From contig OX597833.1 in assembly GCA_951406725.2 (NCBI GenBank), positions 26,412,001-26,476,000 of the forward strand: a stretch of 64,000 nucleotides of DNA, read 5' to 3'. The translations under genes were made by a program, and so were the position numbers. A model generated the notes under the pieces. The model had not been told where the DNA came from, did not search any database, and saw only the letters and a program-made list of their open reading frames with translations. Position 1 is the first letter of the stretch, and each line of letters starts with the position of its first letter. The DNA is from Octopus vulgaris. Its lineage: Eukaryota. Shown one piece after another: positions 42,608 through 57,178 of the stretch.

Positions 42608-43302
42608 CATTATATACATGTTTGATTAATATAATTAGAAAACAATATTTTCCAATATATTTTTCTAAATTTTGTATTTGTTTTAATCTGCGCACGAATG
42701 TAATTATAGTCTTTTATTTGATCTCCAATCAAAAATATTGGTTTCAAATTTTGACACAAGGCCTACAATTTCGGGGGAGGGGTAAGTCGATTGCATCGAC
42801 CCCCATTGAACAAACTAGTACATACTTTATCGACCTCGAAAGGGGTGAAAAGCAAAGTGGAACTCAGCAGAATTTGAACTCAGGACCTAAAGACATGAAA
42901 TACGGCTAAGCGGCTTGCCCAGCGTGCTAATGATTCTGTCTGCTGCCATTTTACTCCAGTCAAAACTATAATCAAGCAAAAAGAAAAAAAAAGGAGAGCG
43001 ATCTACAGAACCTACCATCTAGTTAAATCATATCTCCATTTTGTGGAAGATTACATTCTCAGATAGATAATGTACAAGAAGTGGAATACATTGATGATGA
43101 TGATGATGATGATGATGATGACGATGGTGGTGTGTTGTTGTTTAGGCCCAACGCAAATCTGATTGAACAAAGCAATGATCACAAGCATTCACAAGCTGTA
43201 TTGCTAAGTGCAAAATGTTTAGAATTTACCAAATAAATGCAGTGTCTATGAGAAATGGGCACTGTAATCTAATCTACATAATCTAACTTCTATGCCATAT
43301 GC

Positions 43303-43427
43303 TCATGGGAATATGGCGTAGTGGTTAAGAGCGCGGGCTACTAACCCCAAGTTTCCGAGTTAGATTTCAGGCAATGACCTGACTAATAATAATAATAATA
43401 ATGATAATAATAATAATAATAATAATC

Positions 43428-43458
<31 letters not shown>

Positions 43459-43657
43459 TAACAACAACAACAACATCGAAAAATACCTTAGGAATGAGAG
43501 CCCCGGTTCGAAATTTCCCCAAGACACTTGATGAAGGCTGGAGGGTATATCGGCCGAAGCGTTATGTTAACAACAAAAAAGATGAGGAGAAAAATCCTTC
43601 ATTTGTAAATAATGTAAATAAGGTACATAATTCCTCATCTCTTAAATATAGAACTGT
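43303..43657 (+). mobile_element. tRNA-headed SINE (family D) with internal (TAA)n and hammerhead-like Penelope-type tail
   Basis: A box TGGCGTAGTGG, B-box-like GAGTTAGATTTC; ACAC-TTGATGA-AGGCTG..CGGCC-GAAGC-GTT at 43524-43568. Confidence 0.7.
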
Positions 43658-44366
43658 ACAAGCATTCATGTTGTGATCATTCTTCTTACTCCTTTGCGGA
43701 ATAGTTTATTGTTGACTGCATTTTGCCATTTGTTCTATTTTTAAGATGATAGATTGAGTTTTAAGGGGCGAGTTGTTTGTTAAATGTAGATGATCAAACA
43801 AACACTTAGAAGAAGATACCTCAGATTATATAATCAGTATATGTGGAAGAGGTTAATTTAATTGCAACAGCATCTTTAAACGGATGTTTTGCTGAGCTTT
43901 TCATCTTCACTTGAAACAACTGTTTCGACCAGATGTTAACCTTGAAAGCTCAAAAAATTAATCTGTTCACATTTTGGAGTTGGATTCGTGTGATAAAGTA
44001 TGTATATAACACCACTTGATGAGAAATAAACGGCAAATATGGAAGTGGGGGAAGAGGGCGCTTTTTTCATGACCAGGCTGAGAATCAGTTCAGTTCAGCA
44101 GTTATTGAGATGCTGAAGAAACTACAAGAAATACCAATATGAAAGTAAGCAGCTTCTAAAATATTTTGTTAAAATCAGTGATATCTTATTGGCAACGATT
44201 TATGTAGCAAGCTCGTGCAGGATCCTACACTGAGCAACTGCCCGCTGTCTAATTCCATCAAGAAACACACGACGAGGGACACTATGGTAGAAATAACAGC
44301 GAAACCTGGAATAAGTCACAGCTTATCTTAAAAATTATCTCATCACCAGATGCACAAACACTCGCA

Positions 44367-44411
<45 letters not shown>

Positions 44412-47022
44412 CACACGGTATGATAGAATAAACAATCCTCAACGTAATGTGTAATGAAATTTAAGCGAAACCCAAGTTGCGAAGCAAATTTTATAGCTAC
44501 AGAGATCTCTCTCTAAGCTTATATATATATAACTCAATTTTTATTGCCAACGTTTGATAACATTTTACGAATAATATATCAGATCGTATGTTAAACATCC
44601 CTCAATAATAATCAGCTACCATTATCTTCTTCTTTCTAAATGAATAGCTAAGCCGTTCAAATGAAAAGTAACTACCTAGGTTATAAAGATGCGTAGTCTA
44701 ACGATTACGATATTTGGTTTATGATCATTAGTGTACGGGTTCGATTCTTGGACGAGTTGTCTAAGTGTGTTTTTGCAAGGCAATTCAGTTCCCTTTATTC
44801 CAGTTCTCTCATTGTAAACAGCTACCATAGGTACCAGGGAATTGATTCAGCAACGGACTAGGTGTAGTTTCGGGAGATGTCTTGAACTTTCGGTTGAAAT
44901 GTTTTGAAAATCTTGATAAATTCTGACCTCTTTAGTTCGTAGGCACGAACCAGGCAGTAGCCAGACAGAATATCATATATAAGAAATGCGCTGGGTGCGT
45001 AGATCTGTTCATGAAGGTGTTTTGTACTATCAACCATATAATAAATTTGAGCACACTCACTAACCAACTTACTAATAAAAATAATACACAAAAAGAACAG
45101 TAAATAACACAGGTACTTGGCGACATGTGGTCGGTCTACAAGGAATGCCCTTAAGACATGAGCAAATTATTCAAATATTTCAATCAGCTAAAATTCTACT
45201 ACAACTCATAGTTGATAATGAACATTCAAGCAGTTATAACAAGCAATTTAAATCGGTCATCGTATATTACTGGAAATATAACCTGCAGGGAGATTGCTTC
45301 TGAATAATGTTCTTTGTCATATCCTGAAATCTGTCCTGCTGTTAACAGAACAGTAAATGTATACAGAAACATCTGACACCTTTTCTTATGTTCATGGCCC
45401 GAAGCTGTTTTGATCAAATACTAAGGTATCAAATGTAGATTACATTACAGTGCCCATTTCTCCCAAATATTGCATTTTTATTGGTAAATTGTAAACATGT
45501 TGGACTTTGCAATACAGTTTCTTTATTTGGCTAAGAACAAGTTTCCTGGAAAAAGTAATGGTATCAGATCCAACAGACCTATTAAGAGGACAAAAATAAT
45601 TAATATCGTAATAAAGTAGGAAAAATAGGGCTGTCAGAATTCTCACCGTACAACAAGCATATTGCTCAGAACAGCCTTACAGTACATATACCAACACCGC
45701 CCTTTCTGAATTGATCAGTGTAAAAACTCTAAAGGATCTAAGAACTGAAAAATTCAACATTAGTTGTGATGTAGACACTAAACAGTTCCCACTCAAAGAG
45801 GTTGGCCGTGATTTATATCTGTATTAAGTTCATACAAGTCCCGGGTTTTACCACTGCGATAACATTTGCAGACAGAAAAAAATTCAGGGACTATTTCACT
45901 TAAATTTGCAAGCATTAAAATGCAAATGTCATTAACATATCAAATACATTTGTGTAGATACAAAATATAAGTTCACAGTGTTTTTTTAATTTTATTTTCA
46001 GGAACAATGATAAATGTTACACAAAAATAACAGAACACATAACAATTCAATGCACACTGGTGTATTGACATTTGAAACGAAAAATACCTGCTTCAGAAAG
46101 AGCATAGTATTAAATCTTACATTGGATGTTGCTTCTATAGAAGGCAGGTGCAAGAAATTACATCAGGCACCTCTTACACACATGTATACACACACACGCA
46201 CACACACAGACACACACACACAGAAAATTGGAAGAGTGGGCCACTAACAAATAAAGAATAAGCCATTATGTTACAAGCCGTGAAAGGAAGTGCGTAAAAT
46301 AATACTTTCCTATAAGTTATGATTTGGTTGCCGTAGCAATCCGGAAAGGGTGAGAAAGAAAATATGAGAAATACAACTGAATATATTGAGATTGACGGGC
46401 CAGAAGCATGGTTCTAGAACCTGAAAATGAAGACTGCGGTCATACTTAAACACAACAGGAAAGATGAAATATACAGAGTTGAAGAAGTCAGATGCACACT
46501 TGATGTCAATGTATCAATTGATTTACATGAGAAAAAGATACTTTTGTTTTATTGACGAGATATTTTTTTGTAACTTTATAACTTATATTTTTGAGACACA
46601 AGTATACATGTACCAGACCGCACGTTTCATCGTATACTTGGGTATGGATTTCCGAGAAAGTACTCTTTGCTACATTTCAACCATTATAAATGGTCACGAT
46701 ATCTAGCACAATTGAAACTGTAAGATATTCTTAAAATGTAAAAGATGGATTATTGTGCGGACGAGGCAGAGAACAGTTTTTAATCTTTCAAAATTTAGCG
46801 CAGAAGGGATGGCAGTAAAGATGACTCTAAAAGGTCAATCGATGGAGATAGATAGATATACATATATATGTATATATCTATACGTGTATACACACATATA
46901 CACACTCATATATACTCATTCAAAATTAGAGGAAGCAAAAATAATTAGTGGAAGTAAACAATCCAGATACCAACTGGGTTTAACCAGTTATATATTGATA
47001 GAGAGTTCCTCAATATATATAT

Positions 47023-47737
47023 CCAAGTAGACAATACAAAGAAAACAAGGACGGGTCATTCGGAGTTTTCTTTCTTCAGTTACAATTTGGTCTCTTATAT
47101 GTAGGTATATATTTATCTAAATCTTGTACGACTCTCTTCTTTCTTTCTTTCAGCCCTTTCTCGCTTATTCGTTCATTCTGCCCTTCGTTCCTTCGTTCAC
47201 CATCTCTCACATTTCCCTACCTTCCCTTCTTGCTCACTTTCCCTCCTCTTTTCAATTCACTGTGTCCCTGTTATTTTTTCTCGTCCCTCCTTAATTCTTC
47301 TGTATCCTGCCTCTACCTCTCTCTCTTCTCTTCTCACTTGACCGGTGTTCGGCCAAGCCTGATCTTTCTTTCTTGGTTTGGCCGTGTCCATGCAACATCT
47401 ATATTCCTCTCTGTGCTTTTGAAACCTTGTATTCCTGCCGTAAGGCTTTGTTTTCACACACGTCAGCTTAATTTAATTCGTCCTTAGTCGAAAGTCACCT
47501 GTTGTTATGTCCTGTTATTTTGTGTAACATTCACCGTTTTTTTCCTCCTTGATTTCGTATACGTCGCTGTTTTCTTCCAAGGAATCTAATGCTCTTAGTT
47601 TAGTTTTTCCTTGGGGCTGGCCAGATTGGAGCAATCTCGAGTATAACCAGCCAAAATTGCAAAGATAATCTGGAACTAGGCTGTGGAAAGAAAACTCCGA
47701 AAGACCCGTCCTTCTTTTCTTTGTATCATCTATCTGG
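47023..47737. mobile_element. ~715-bp element with 57-bp inverted termini carrying hammerhead-like cores
   Basis: 47023-47079 is the reverse complement of 47681-47737 (CTGWRGA-AAGAAAACTCC-GAAW-GACCCGTC). Confidence 0.6.
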
Positions 47738-47862
47738 AATGTTTTGTTTTCCCTTATTTGTATTACCTGTCTGGATGTTTTGCGTTCTTGTCCCATTTTG
47801 TATGTATATCTATATATATATCACATCGAAACTAACTATGACTTAATTTTTCCTCTCATACC

Positions 47863-47917
47863 GTCTCCGATGAAGGGATATTATTATTAATTAATATTCT
47901 AGAAACAGATGTAAGAC
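47863..47917 (+). ncRNA. Type I hammerhead-like ribozyme (U4C core variant), same family as 27.6/27.7 kb
   Basis: GTCT-CCGATGA-AGGGATA..TATTCTA-GAAAC-AGAT-GTA-AGAC; stem I GTCT/AGAC. Confidence 0.7.
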
Positions 47918-47977
47918 CTATCTATAAATGCTTTAATATCCATACACCCATGGTTTTTTATATCATTACACAAAAAT

Positions 47978-48045
<68 letters not shown>

Positions 48046-48203
48046 ACGTGAATTGTTTTTGAGTATACATTGTCTGGGAGACTCTTCTTATAGTAGAGGA
48101 AATAGCTAAATTCTTTGGCTGCTATTTCTAAAAGTTCGGTGTGTGGTAAAGTAAATTATTTTGCTGAACCCTAATTATATAAAGTAATGTTTTATTTATA
48201 TAT

Positions 48204-48255
<52 letters not shown>

Positions 48256-48271
48256 CGTACATTTACTTTGG

Positions 48272-48302
<31 letters not shown>

Positions 48303-48315
48303 CTATCTCTCTCTC

Positions 48316-48437
<122 letters not shown>

Positions 48438-48490
48438 TAATCATACATACGTACATATACAGATATATATCCGTATATAAACATACATAA

Positions 48491-48527
<37 letters not shown>

Positions 48528-48549
48528 TGTATATATGTGAGCATGTGGT

Positions 48550-48588
<39 letters not shown>

Positions 48589-49923
48589 TTACAGCCATAA
48601 AACACATTTCTGGAGACAAAATATTCCTAGCTGCAGTGACTTGACTTAGTTAATGGATGAAAACAACAACCCCGTTAGTTTAAGAGCTTCAGTAAAATAA
48701 AAAGTTAAGTGTGTATAAGGTAGCTGTTAACTCTTAAGCATAAAGGAGCGTAGCTAAACACTCCATGGTATTTCGACTGCATCTCGGTCAATTACGCTAT
48801 TCGCACATATATTTATGTATGTATATACATAGATACATGCACATATATGTATGTTTATATATATGTGTATACAGATATGTATGTATATATACATATATAT
48901 CTATATACATATGTATATATACATTTATATATATATATACATACATATATCTATATATATATATGTGTGTGTGTGTATGTATGTGTATATATATATTCCA
49001 TATGCATATATGTACATATCTACATGCATACACGTAATTTTTGTCTGTGTGGGAGGTGTATACACTCGTTTACATACACACATAAATACGGGTGTATGCA
49101 TATATGACCACGCAAAAGAAATGAGCACGACCGGCACTCAGCCATGCAAAAAGACACACAGCCAAACAGACGGTCAAAAAGAAATGAGAGAGAGGGGAGA
49201 GATAGGTGAAGACAGAGAGGAGAAAGAGGGAAAGAGAGAACAGATGAGAAAGGGGAGAGAGAAAAAGATTGCGAGAGAGGATTGCGGAGAGAGAGAGAGA
49301 GCCAATCACCTAAATCAACTGATTACTAATGAAAAAGACAGGTCGGTGAAGCAAGGATTTATGTGAGCAATAATATATAATATAGGTGGTTGACATTAGT
49401 TATAGGAAGGAAAGAGGGGCAACTTGTACAATTGAGAACAAAGCGCTTTCATAATCACTGAAGCAGACGACAGATTCTCCAGGATTAGGAAAAAGGAAAA
49501 AAAAGTAGGGAGTAATTGAAGTCGTAAGCGGAATTATTGTCAGTCTTCAAAGAATTTCAGCAAGCAAAAAGGAAGAGAGAAGAAGATAAAGACGGCATGA
49601 ACAAAATGTATTGATGGTATTTAATAAAACACCGTTCCTCCACATGATTAACGTCAAATGCTTATGACGATGAAAAAAACATTCATACATTAGGGATAAG
49701 ACGATAGTTAATATTTCTGTTGATCATCATAATGATGATAGTATGATTCAAGAATAGTTGTTATTGTTGTTAATGTTCTAGATTATTAATGGCTGTATGT
49801 TACGGTGGGGGTGATGGACCAGTTCTTGTATTGATGTTGGAATGTGTCTGTATAGTGATGGCTAATGCAGATTAAAGGAATATCTGTACAAACTGAAGAT
49901 GTATATGGTATATATATATATAT

Positions 49924-49970
<47 letters not shown>

Positions 49971-50219
49971 TATTTGCAAATATATAAGTATATATATATA
50001 TATATATACATATATATTCATATATATAGATGTGTATGTATATACATATATATACATAAATGTATATATATATATGTATATATACATACAAGTGTATGTA
50101 TATACATATATATATATATATACGCATATATATATACACGTATATATACGTACATATATAAACTCATGTATACATACACATATACATAAATATATATATA
50201 TATACATACATACATATAT

Positions 50220-50284
<65 letters not shown>

Positions 50285-52169
50285 GCAGAATGCGGCCGTA
50301 TCTCTGTAGGCGTCATCAGGATATAGCATGCATTTAATCATTTTAAGTTAGACTTCTTTTCTCTTTTCATTTTTATTTTGTATATTTTTCTTTCAGTGAT
50401 ACGTATGAAAAGTGCCATGAACATATACATATATTATTACTGTACGATATAACTTATGTACGAATCCTTATATAATGGAACTTGTGTAAATATATATGCG
50501 TAAGTAACCAAAAGTGTCAGTCTACCCGCTTACCATCTACCGCAGCATACTATGTAACTCATATCTCAAATTATCTTTATGCCAGCAACCGCTCTGAAAT
50601 ATTAATGTAGGAAATGGAAGAAATAGCTATACTTCTGTCAGACAAGATTATCCTCACGAAAAATATACATCCATATGTACGCATGTGCGTCTTTGTGTGT
50701 ATGTGTATATGTGTGCGTGCAACCTTGTGTGTGCATGCGTGTGTGTGTGTACATGTGTGTGTGTGTGTGTTTGTGTGCGTGTGAATGTATTGATATGTAT
50801 GTATGTTGAAGGCATTTCTAGGCTGAGTTCTTTTCAAGTGAATTGAATTTCTCAGCACAAAATATGAGGTAAGAACCGATATTACTCTATGCATTTCTTA
50901 TATAATTTGCATACCTGTAGGTGTGACTCGCTGTGTTTTTCTGTTTGTCTCGATTGTTTGGTCGCTGGTAGGCTTTTTGTTTCGTGGGTTTTTTTTAACA
51001 TCATAATCCGAAGCTATGTTATTCATTGGTTGATTTTTAATGTTTTTAATATATTAAGGGGTGCTTTGGAGGCTTCAGGCATCGTATTGGTTGCGTATAT
51101 TCTTATATATGTATGTTTATAATTTCATTGTCTTTGCTTTTAAAAGTTTGCTCCTGAATATCAATACTTTTCGTTTCCTCGATTAATGAATATACCTTAG
51201 TTTTTAAATTCACTTTTGTATCAAAATATTGTTTTCGTTTCGTTGAAATATAATTCTTGAAATCCAGGTTAGACAGTTCTAGTTAATAATTATGTATATA
51301 TGCATGTGTGTATGTATGTATGTATGTATGTATGTATGTATGGATGGATGGATGGATGGATGGATGGATGGATATAGTATTCTAAGTCTTTATTGCTTGC
51401 ACATTACATTGATATTTTTCATTTCTGTAACTACTTTTATAGCGTTCTACCATTATAATGCAAGCGCATGAGCTATTTACAAAAGTGAGGAAAATATCAC
51501 TGCGAACATATTTGCGAATGTACAAGGATTTATGATAAACACAAAAACTAATTACCGTAGATGATGTTATACAAATTGAGTTGTTTGCGTTTCGTTTAAC
51601 GATTGGTATAATAGACTGATATTTAAAAAAGCGAAGACTATTTTCTGTTTGTTTAGTTGTATATTGTTCGTATAGTATATTACTTTCACATTCATTTTAT
51701 TCACTTTCAGTGTTTATTCATTCCTTATTTCCATATTTATATCTTGCCTTGATGCAGTCATACGTATAATACAATATGTAAACCGTAAGAGATAAAACAT
51801 ATCCGTTGTAGTTCCTGTGATCATTTCGTTTTGTTTCTCTCTATTTAAAGCTTAATTCTACTCTTTTTCTTTTACCCCACATCCTGACCATAATTAGGAA
51901 TATGGTCAATACTATTTCAATATAAGTTTTTCTATATACTATTTACTTGCAATATATAGAACAATTGCCAGTTGTAGTAAGAAAGATTCTGGTACTACCA
52001 TCACGAGTTTTTATTCTTATTCCTTCTACTTTTTACATTGCACATTGCATGAGGCTTCGGCAGCATAACTCCTATTTAATTTGCAATTATATACATTATA
52101 TTTATATTATCTCCTCGGCTTCATCGAGTTCTCTTATTATTATTCATTTACCTCCCATGAGTATGTATG

Positions 52170-52239
<70 letters not shown>

Positions 52240-52317
52240 TACGCACATACAAATATAATATTATAAAATGATAAAATGCCATTAAAGAAATATATATACA
52301 TATACATACATACATAA

Positions 52318-52348
<31 letters not shown>

Positions 52349-52548
52349 CTTGTAATTTTAGGTGTTTAATTTTTCAATTTTTTTAAATTTGTTTAATTTT
52401 TAATTTTTTAAAATATATTCCTAATCTATATATTTTTAGTATATTTTTATTTTATTATATTAGTATTCATATTCTTATTTTTCTATTAATATGTCTTATA
52501 ATATGTATTTTTAACTTTGATCCGTTATTAATAATAACAATAAGATAA

Positions 52549-52632
52549 ATAGCCTGAGGGCAAACTGGTAGATTTATGTATTAGCTATAGCTTTTATAAA
52601 CTCCCTACCAGCGCAGAAACACGTGTAGCGTT
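52549..52632 (+). ncRNA. Hammerhead-like motif with long stem II
   Basis: CTGAGGG (A9G)...CTGGTAG/CTACCAG...GAAAC-ACGT-GTA-GC; palindrome ACACGTGT. Confidence 0.55.
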
Positions 52633-52937
52633 GATTAAAAATATATTCTTGCCCCACAGTCTAATAACAGGTAAGTTATATAGATTTTTCAAATATTTTT
52701 CAAATAATTCTATTGGATTTTATAGCAGGTTTTCTAAATGCTTATATTATTTTATTGGGTGTAACTTTCTATGTGTATTCCATACAATAAAGTTATCCTG
52801 AAATGGGAGTTGCGGTTCTAATGGCAAAATTCCAAATTTCCAGTAATATTATAAATGATACAGTTTACATTGCATTAGTAAAGTGTAAAATAGTAAATGT
52901 CCTGACAACCTGGAATACTTCTTATTCCCTAAGATTT

Positions 52938-53027
<90 letters not shown>

Positions 53028-53029
<2 letters not shown>

Positions 53030-53230
53030 ACCGCGTGTGCATCGTTGGCGTTTTTTTTCCCTCCGTCTTCCTTTCCTTGGATCTTTCCTTTTCCTATATT
53101 TCTGACGAAGCGCTCCGCTCGAAACGTTATATTCTCCTTCCTTCTTTCCTTTTCTGATTGTCTAATAACACTATACTTGTTCCACGTCCTCGCGTTGCTG
53201 TATTTTCTCTTTGTGTTTTCATGTTTGGAT

Positions 53231-53235
<5 letters not shown>
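53028..53235 (+). mobile_element. Penelope-like terminal repeat with minimal hammerhead (53099-53133)
   Basis: CTGACGA-AGCG-CTC-CGCT-C-GAAACGTTA; pyrimidine-rich flanks like the 3430-3620 repeat. Confidence 0.6.
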
Positions 53236-53315
<80 letters not shown>

Positions 53316-53387
53316 ATATTAGGGAGTAAATCCAAACTTATAGGGAAAAATTAGATTTAGGATTAAATCCAATTTTATAGTATAAAT

Positions 53388-53817
53388 ATATATTATATTA
53401 AATTAGAGATAAAACGACTATTAGGCAAATCAAACAATGAAAGTCATAAGCCAATACATAGAAAAAAATTAATTAAAAAATATAAAATATAAATATAAAA
53501 AATGTAAAATATAAAATTACAAATTAAAATATTTAAATTAAAGTTAAAATTTTAAAAATTATTTAAATAATTTAAATAATTTAAATAATTTATTCAAATA
53601 ATTTAAATAATAATAAGTTTAAATTATTTAAATTATATAACTAATTTTTAAAATTTTAACTTTAATTTAAATATTTTAATTTGGAATTTTATATTTTATA
53701 TTTTTTATATTTATATTTTATATTTTATTAATTAATTTTTTTCTATGTATTGGCTTTATGATTTTCACTATTTGATTTGCCTAATAGTGGTTTTATCTCT
53801 AATTTAATATGATATAT
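53388..53817. repeat. Large AT-rich inverted repeat (~200-bp arms)
   Basis: TAAATTAGAGATAAAAC..CTATTAGGCAAATCAAA..AAGCCAATACATAGAAAA mirrored at 53735-53817. Confidence 0.88.
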
Positions 53818-54984
53818 ATATATATAAATATATATATATAATCAGTTATAATAAATATAATTTTATATTTGACTGATGGGTTAGTCTATAATTTTGAAGA
53901 GTACAAATTTATTATTCTTATACAAGAATATTGCTGATTGTGACTACGAAGCTTCGGCCAGCTGAACGTACATAAATACTTACGTACATACGTATTTATG
54001 TATGTATGTATGTATGTATGTATGTATGTATTATGTATGTATGCATGTATGTATGTTTCAACACCCACATGAAGATATGTATACAATTTCCCAGGATATG
54101 CGTCTATGTTTCGAGCAGAGATATACATAGTGAAGTTTTCCATATACGTCACGGCTTAATCACAGAAGGACCTATACAATACAAAACTACCTTCCTACTC
54201 ATCCGATGACAAAAATGTGAGCCAGAAACTATCAAAGTTAGCCAAAAAATCGCAAATGACGGTGTTGTGAGCATGCATGGTATATCTACATTAATACCAT
54301 AGCAAAATGGATCCATATCTAGAGAAAAAATTATTGATTCATGCATATGGAGAATATGTTCATATGGTAAATGGAAGGGCTACTTGAGATGTAGATTCAG
54401 TGCATATCCTTACCCATTCTCTTCGCTGTGTACAAATCCCACAGAATTTAACTTAATCTTTAATATTTCGGAGTCGATGAATACGTTACATATCTAGAAC
54501 GGTTGTTAATGAAAGCTCAGTCAAGATATTGTGTTTCTTCTCTCCCGTGTTTTATGGTCTAAGTATAAATTCTGCCTAGAAGCCGGTGGTCAATAGCTAT
54601 CTCCATTTTATGGGAATATCCAGCCCAGCCTGCACTGGCCAGCGTGAATAGGCAAGACTGCACCATAAACAGATGAGCCGCCGATTCCACCTCCATATTT
54701 CATCTCTCATCAGATGGATCGTTGCCAAAGAGACCTATTTATCGGTCTCAATTTCTGGCACAAAGTAGAGCAATTTCGGGGGAAGACGCTAGTCGTTTAT
54801 ATCGACCCCAGTGTGTAACTGGTACTCATTTTATCGATACCGAAAGGATGAAAGGTGGTATTTGAACGCTGAGAATAACGATGAATGAACTGCCGCTAAG
54901 CATTTTTCTCCGCGTGCTAACGGTTCTGCAAGGCCGCCGCCTTAGAGATACTTATTTATTAATTGCACCTTCGTTCAAATTCAT

Positions 54985-55362
54985 AGGCGTAGAAGTGTCT
55001 GTGTGGTAAGTAGCTTGCTTACGAACCACATGGTTCCGGGTTCAGTCCCACTGCGTGGTACCTTCGGCAATTGTCTGCTACTATAGCCTAGGGCCGACCA
55101 AACCTTGTGATTGGATTTGGCAGACGGAAACTGAAAGAAGCCCGCCTTATATATGTATATATCTGTATATGTGTGTATATGTTTGTGTGTCTGTATTTGT
55201 CCCTCCAACATCGCCTGACAACAGATGCTGGTGTGTTTACGTCCCCGTAACTTAACGGTTCGGCAAAAGAACCGATAGAATGAGTACTATGCTTACAAGG
55301 ATAAGTCCTGGGGTCAAGCATGGCCACAGTTAAATGTCTGAAACAAGTAAAAGAGTAAAGAG
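54985..55362 (+). mobile_element. SINE family A, full length
   Basis: tRNA-like head, internal microsatellite, GTAAAAGAGTAAAGAG tail. Confidence 0.88.
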
Positions 55363-55806
55363 TATTATATTATCGCCTTGAAATTGAATCATTTTATTTT
55401 GTTGAGTCTTTGCGGAAAAATATTCAAGACATATTCACAAAATGTTTATTACTATTACTATAAGTGTTAATGACTGTGCATGGATGTACGGATGCGTGTA
55501 TGTTAACCTGAATGTTTCAAACAGTTGTGTGTGTGTGTGTGTGTATGTGTGCGTGTGTGTGCGTAAGTGTGTGTGATATTATAATGTAATAGTGATAAAG
55601 TTTAATATTCTTCTCGGAATCCGGTAGATTACGTTAGATAAGGAGATAAATAGGTAGGGTCAATTAATAAACAGACAGAGCTTACGATACCGGATGTTGA
55701 ATAATAAAACATGGCGGATGGAAGCGATAGTTTGTTGATTTGCAAACTGACTCTTCGTACAACACTAACGTGTATCGCAGCTACAGCGATGTTTACCGTG
55801 AATATA

Positions 55807-55858
<52 letters not shown>

Positions 55859-55878
55859 CATACATACATACATATATG

Positions 55879-55941
<63 letters not shown>

Positions 55942-56702
55942 GGATACCAGTCCATGTATAATAGTATTCGTACATGTATATTTACGTCCATGTTAGTATA
56001 TATTTTCCCCTGCCTATATATGTATGTGGGAACAGAGTAATGTACACATGCATGCGTGTTTGTTTGTGTATATACACATTTCCGTGTGCAGTGCTTGTAT
56101 GTCTGCTCATGGTTTATGATAAAGGAAACAGAGGCGGAAGATGAGGATGAGAAAGAAAGTGAAGATAAGGAAGAAGGTGAGAAGGAGCAAAACAAAAACT
56201 ACACAAAAGCACAGCATGATCTCTAAAGAGATTGTTAGACAGACAGTGGATGATAGTCAGACAGATATTGTGTGGTTCGTAAAGAGAGAGATACGGAGTG
56301 AGAGTGGGAGAGGAGTGGCTAGAAAGGAAGAGAGAGACGCGGACTGACAAATATACATTGATGTGGTAATGCTATAGGCTATATGGTGTATATGTACAAC
56401 CATGTGTTGGTAGATGATATTCTAACTACTGTGAATACCTTTAAGAATAATTAGTGTGTTACGAGTTGAATTACTGCAAACACACACAGGACACACACAC
56501 AGAGACAAGCACACATACAATAATGCACATACAGTCGAACACATATTGTGTGTGCAGACATTGACATACATATATACATAAAAATCTTGCAAGACAACCG
56601 AGAAGTTGAGACTCGTTTCTGCAATGGATAAAGGCGTTTTCGCTTTAGTGAAGAATTTGAAAAATAGATTCAAAACATAGATGTATATACACATAGACAT
56701 AT

Positions 56703-57104
56703 ACTCTTTTACTTACTTCAGTCATTTGACTGTGGTCATGCTGGAGCACCACCTTTAGTCGAGTCAATAGACCCCAGGACCTTTTATTTGTAAGCCTAGT
56801 ACTTGTTCTATCGGTCTCTTTTGCCGAACTGCTAAGTAACGGGGACGTAAATACACCAGCATCGGTTGTCAAGCGATGTTGGGGGACAAACACACACACA
56901 CTCACACATACATATATATATATATATATATGCATATATACGACGGGCTTCTTTCAGTTTCCGTCATCCAAATCCACTCATAAGGCTTTGGTCGGTCTGA
57001 GGCTATAGTAGAAGACACTTGCCCAAGGTGCCACGCAGTGAGACTGAACCCGGAACTATGTGGTGGGTAAGCAAGACACTTACTACACAGCCACTCCTAC
57101 GCCT
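56703..57104 (-). mobile_element. SINE family A, full length
   Basis: Reverse complement of 54985-55362. Confidence 0.88.
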
Positions 57105-57178
57105 ATATATTTACACTAAAATTTATACACACTTACATTGAAATAATCAAAAGCATAGACATAGACATACGTAATTAC

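Noticed and set aside
45200-46150. Unique-looking stretch as host exons
   Set aside because: All frames are interrupted by stops and no domain is recognisable; likely an old repeat
50290-50325. Minus-strand CTGATGA-CGCC..GGC hammerhead half
   Set aside because: GAAA and cleavage strand are absent (truncated by microsatellite); not counted
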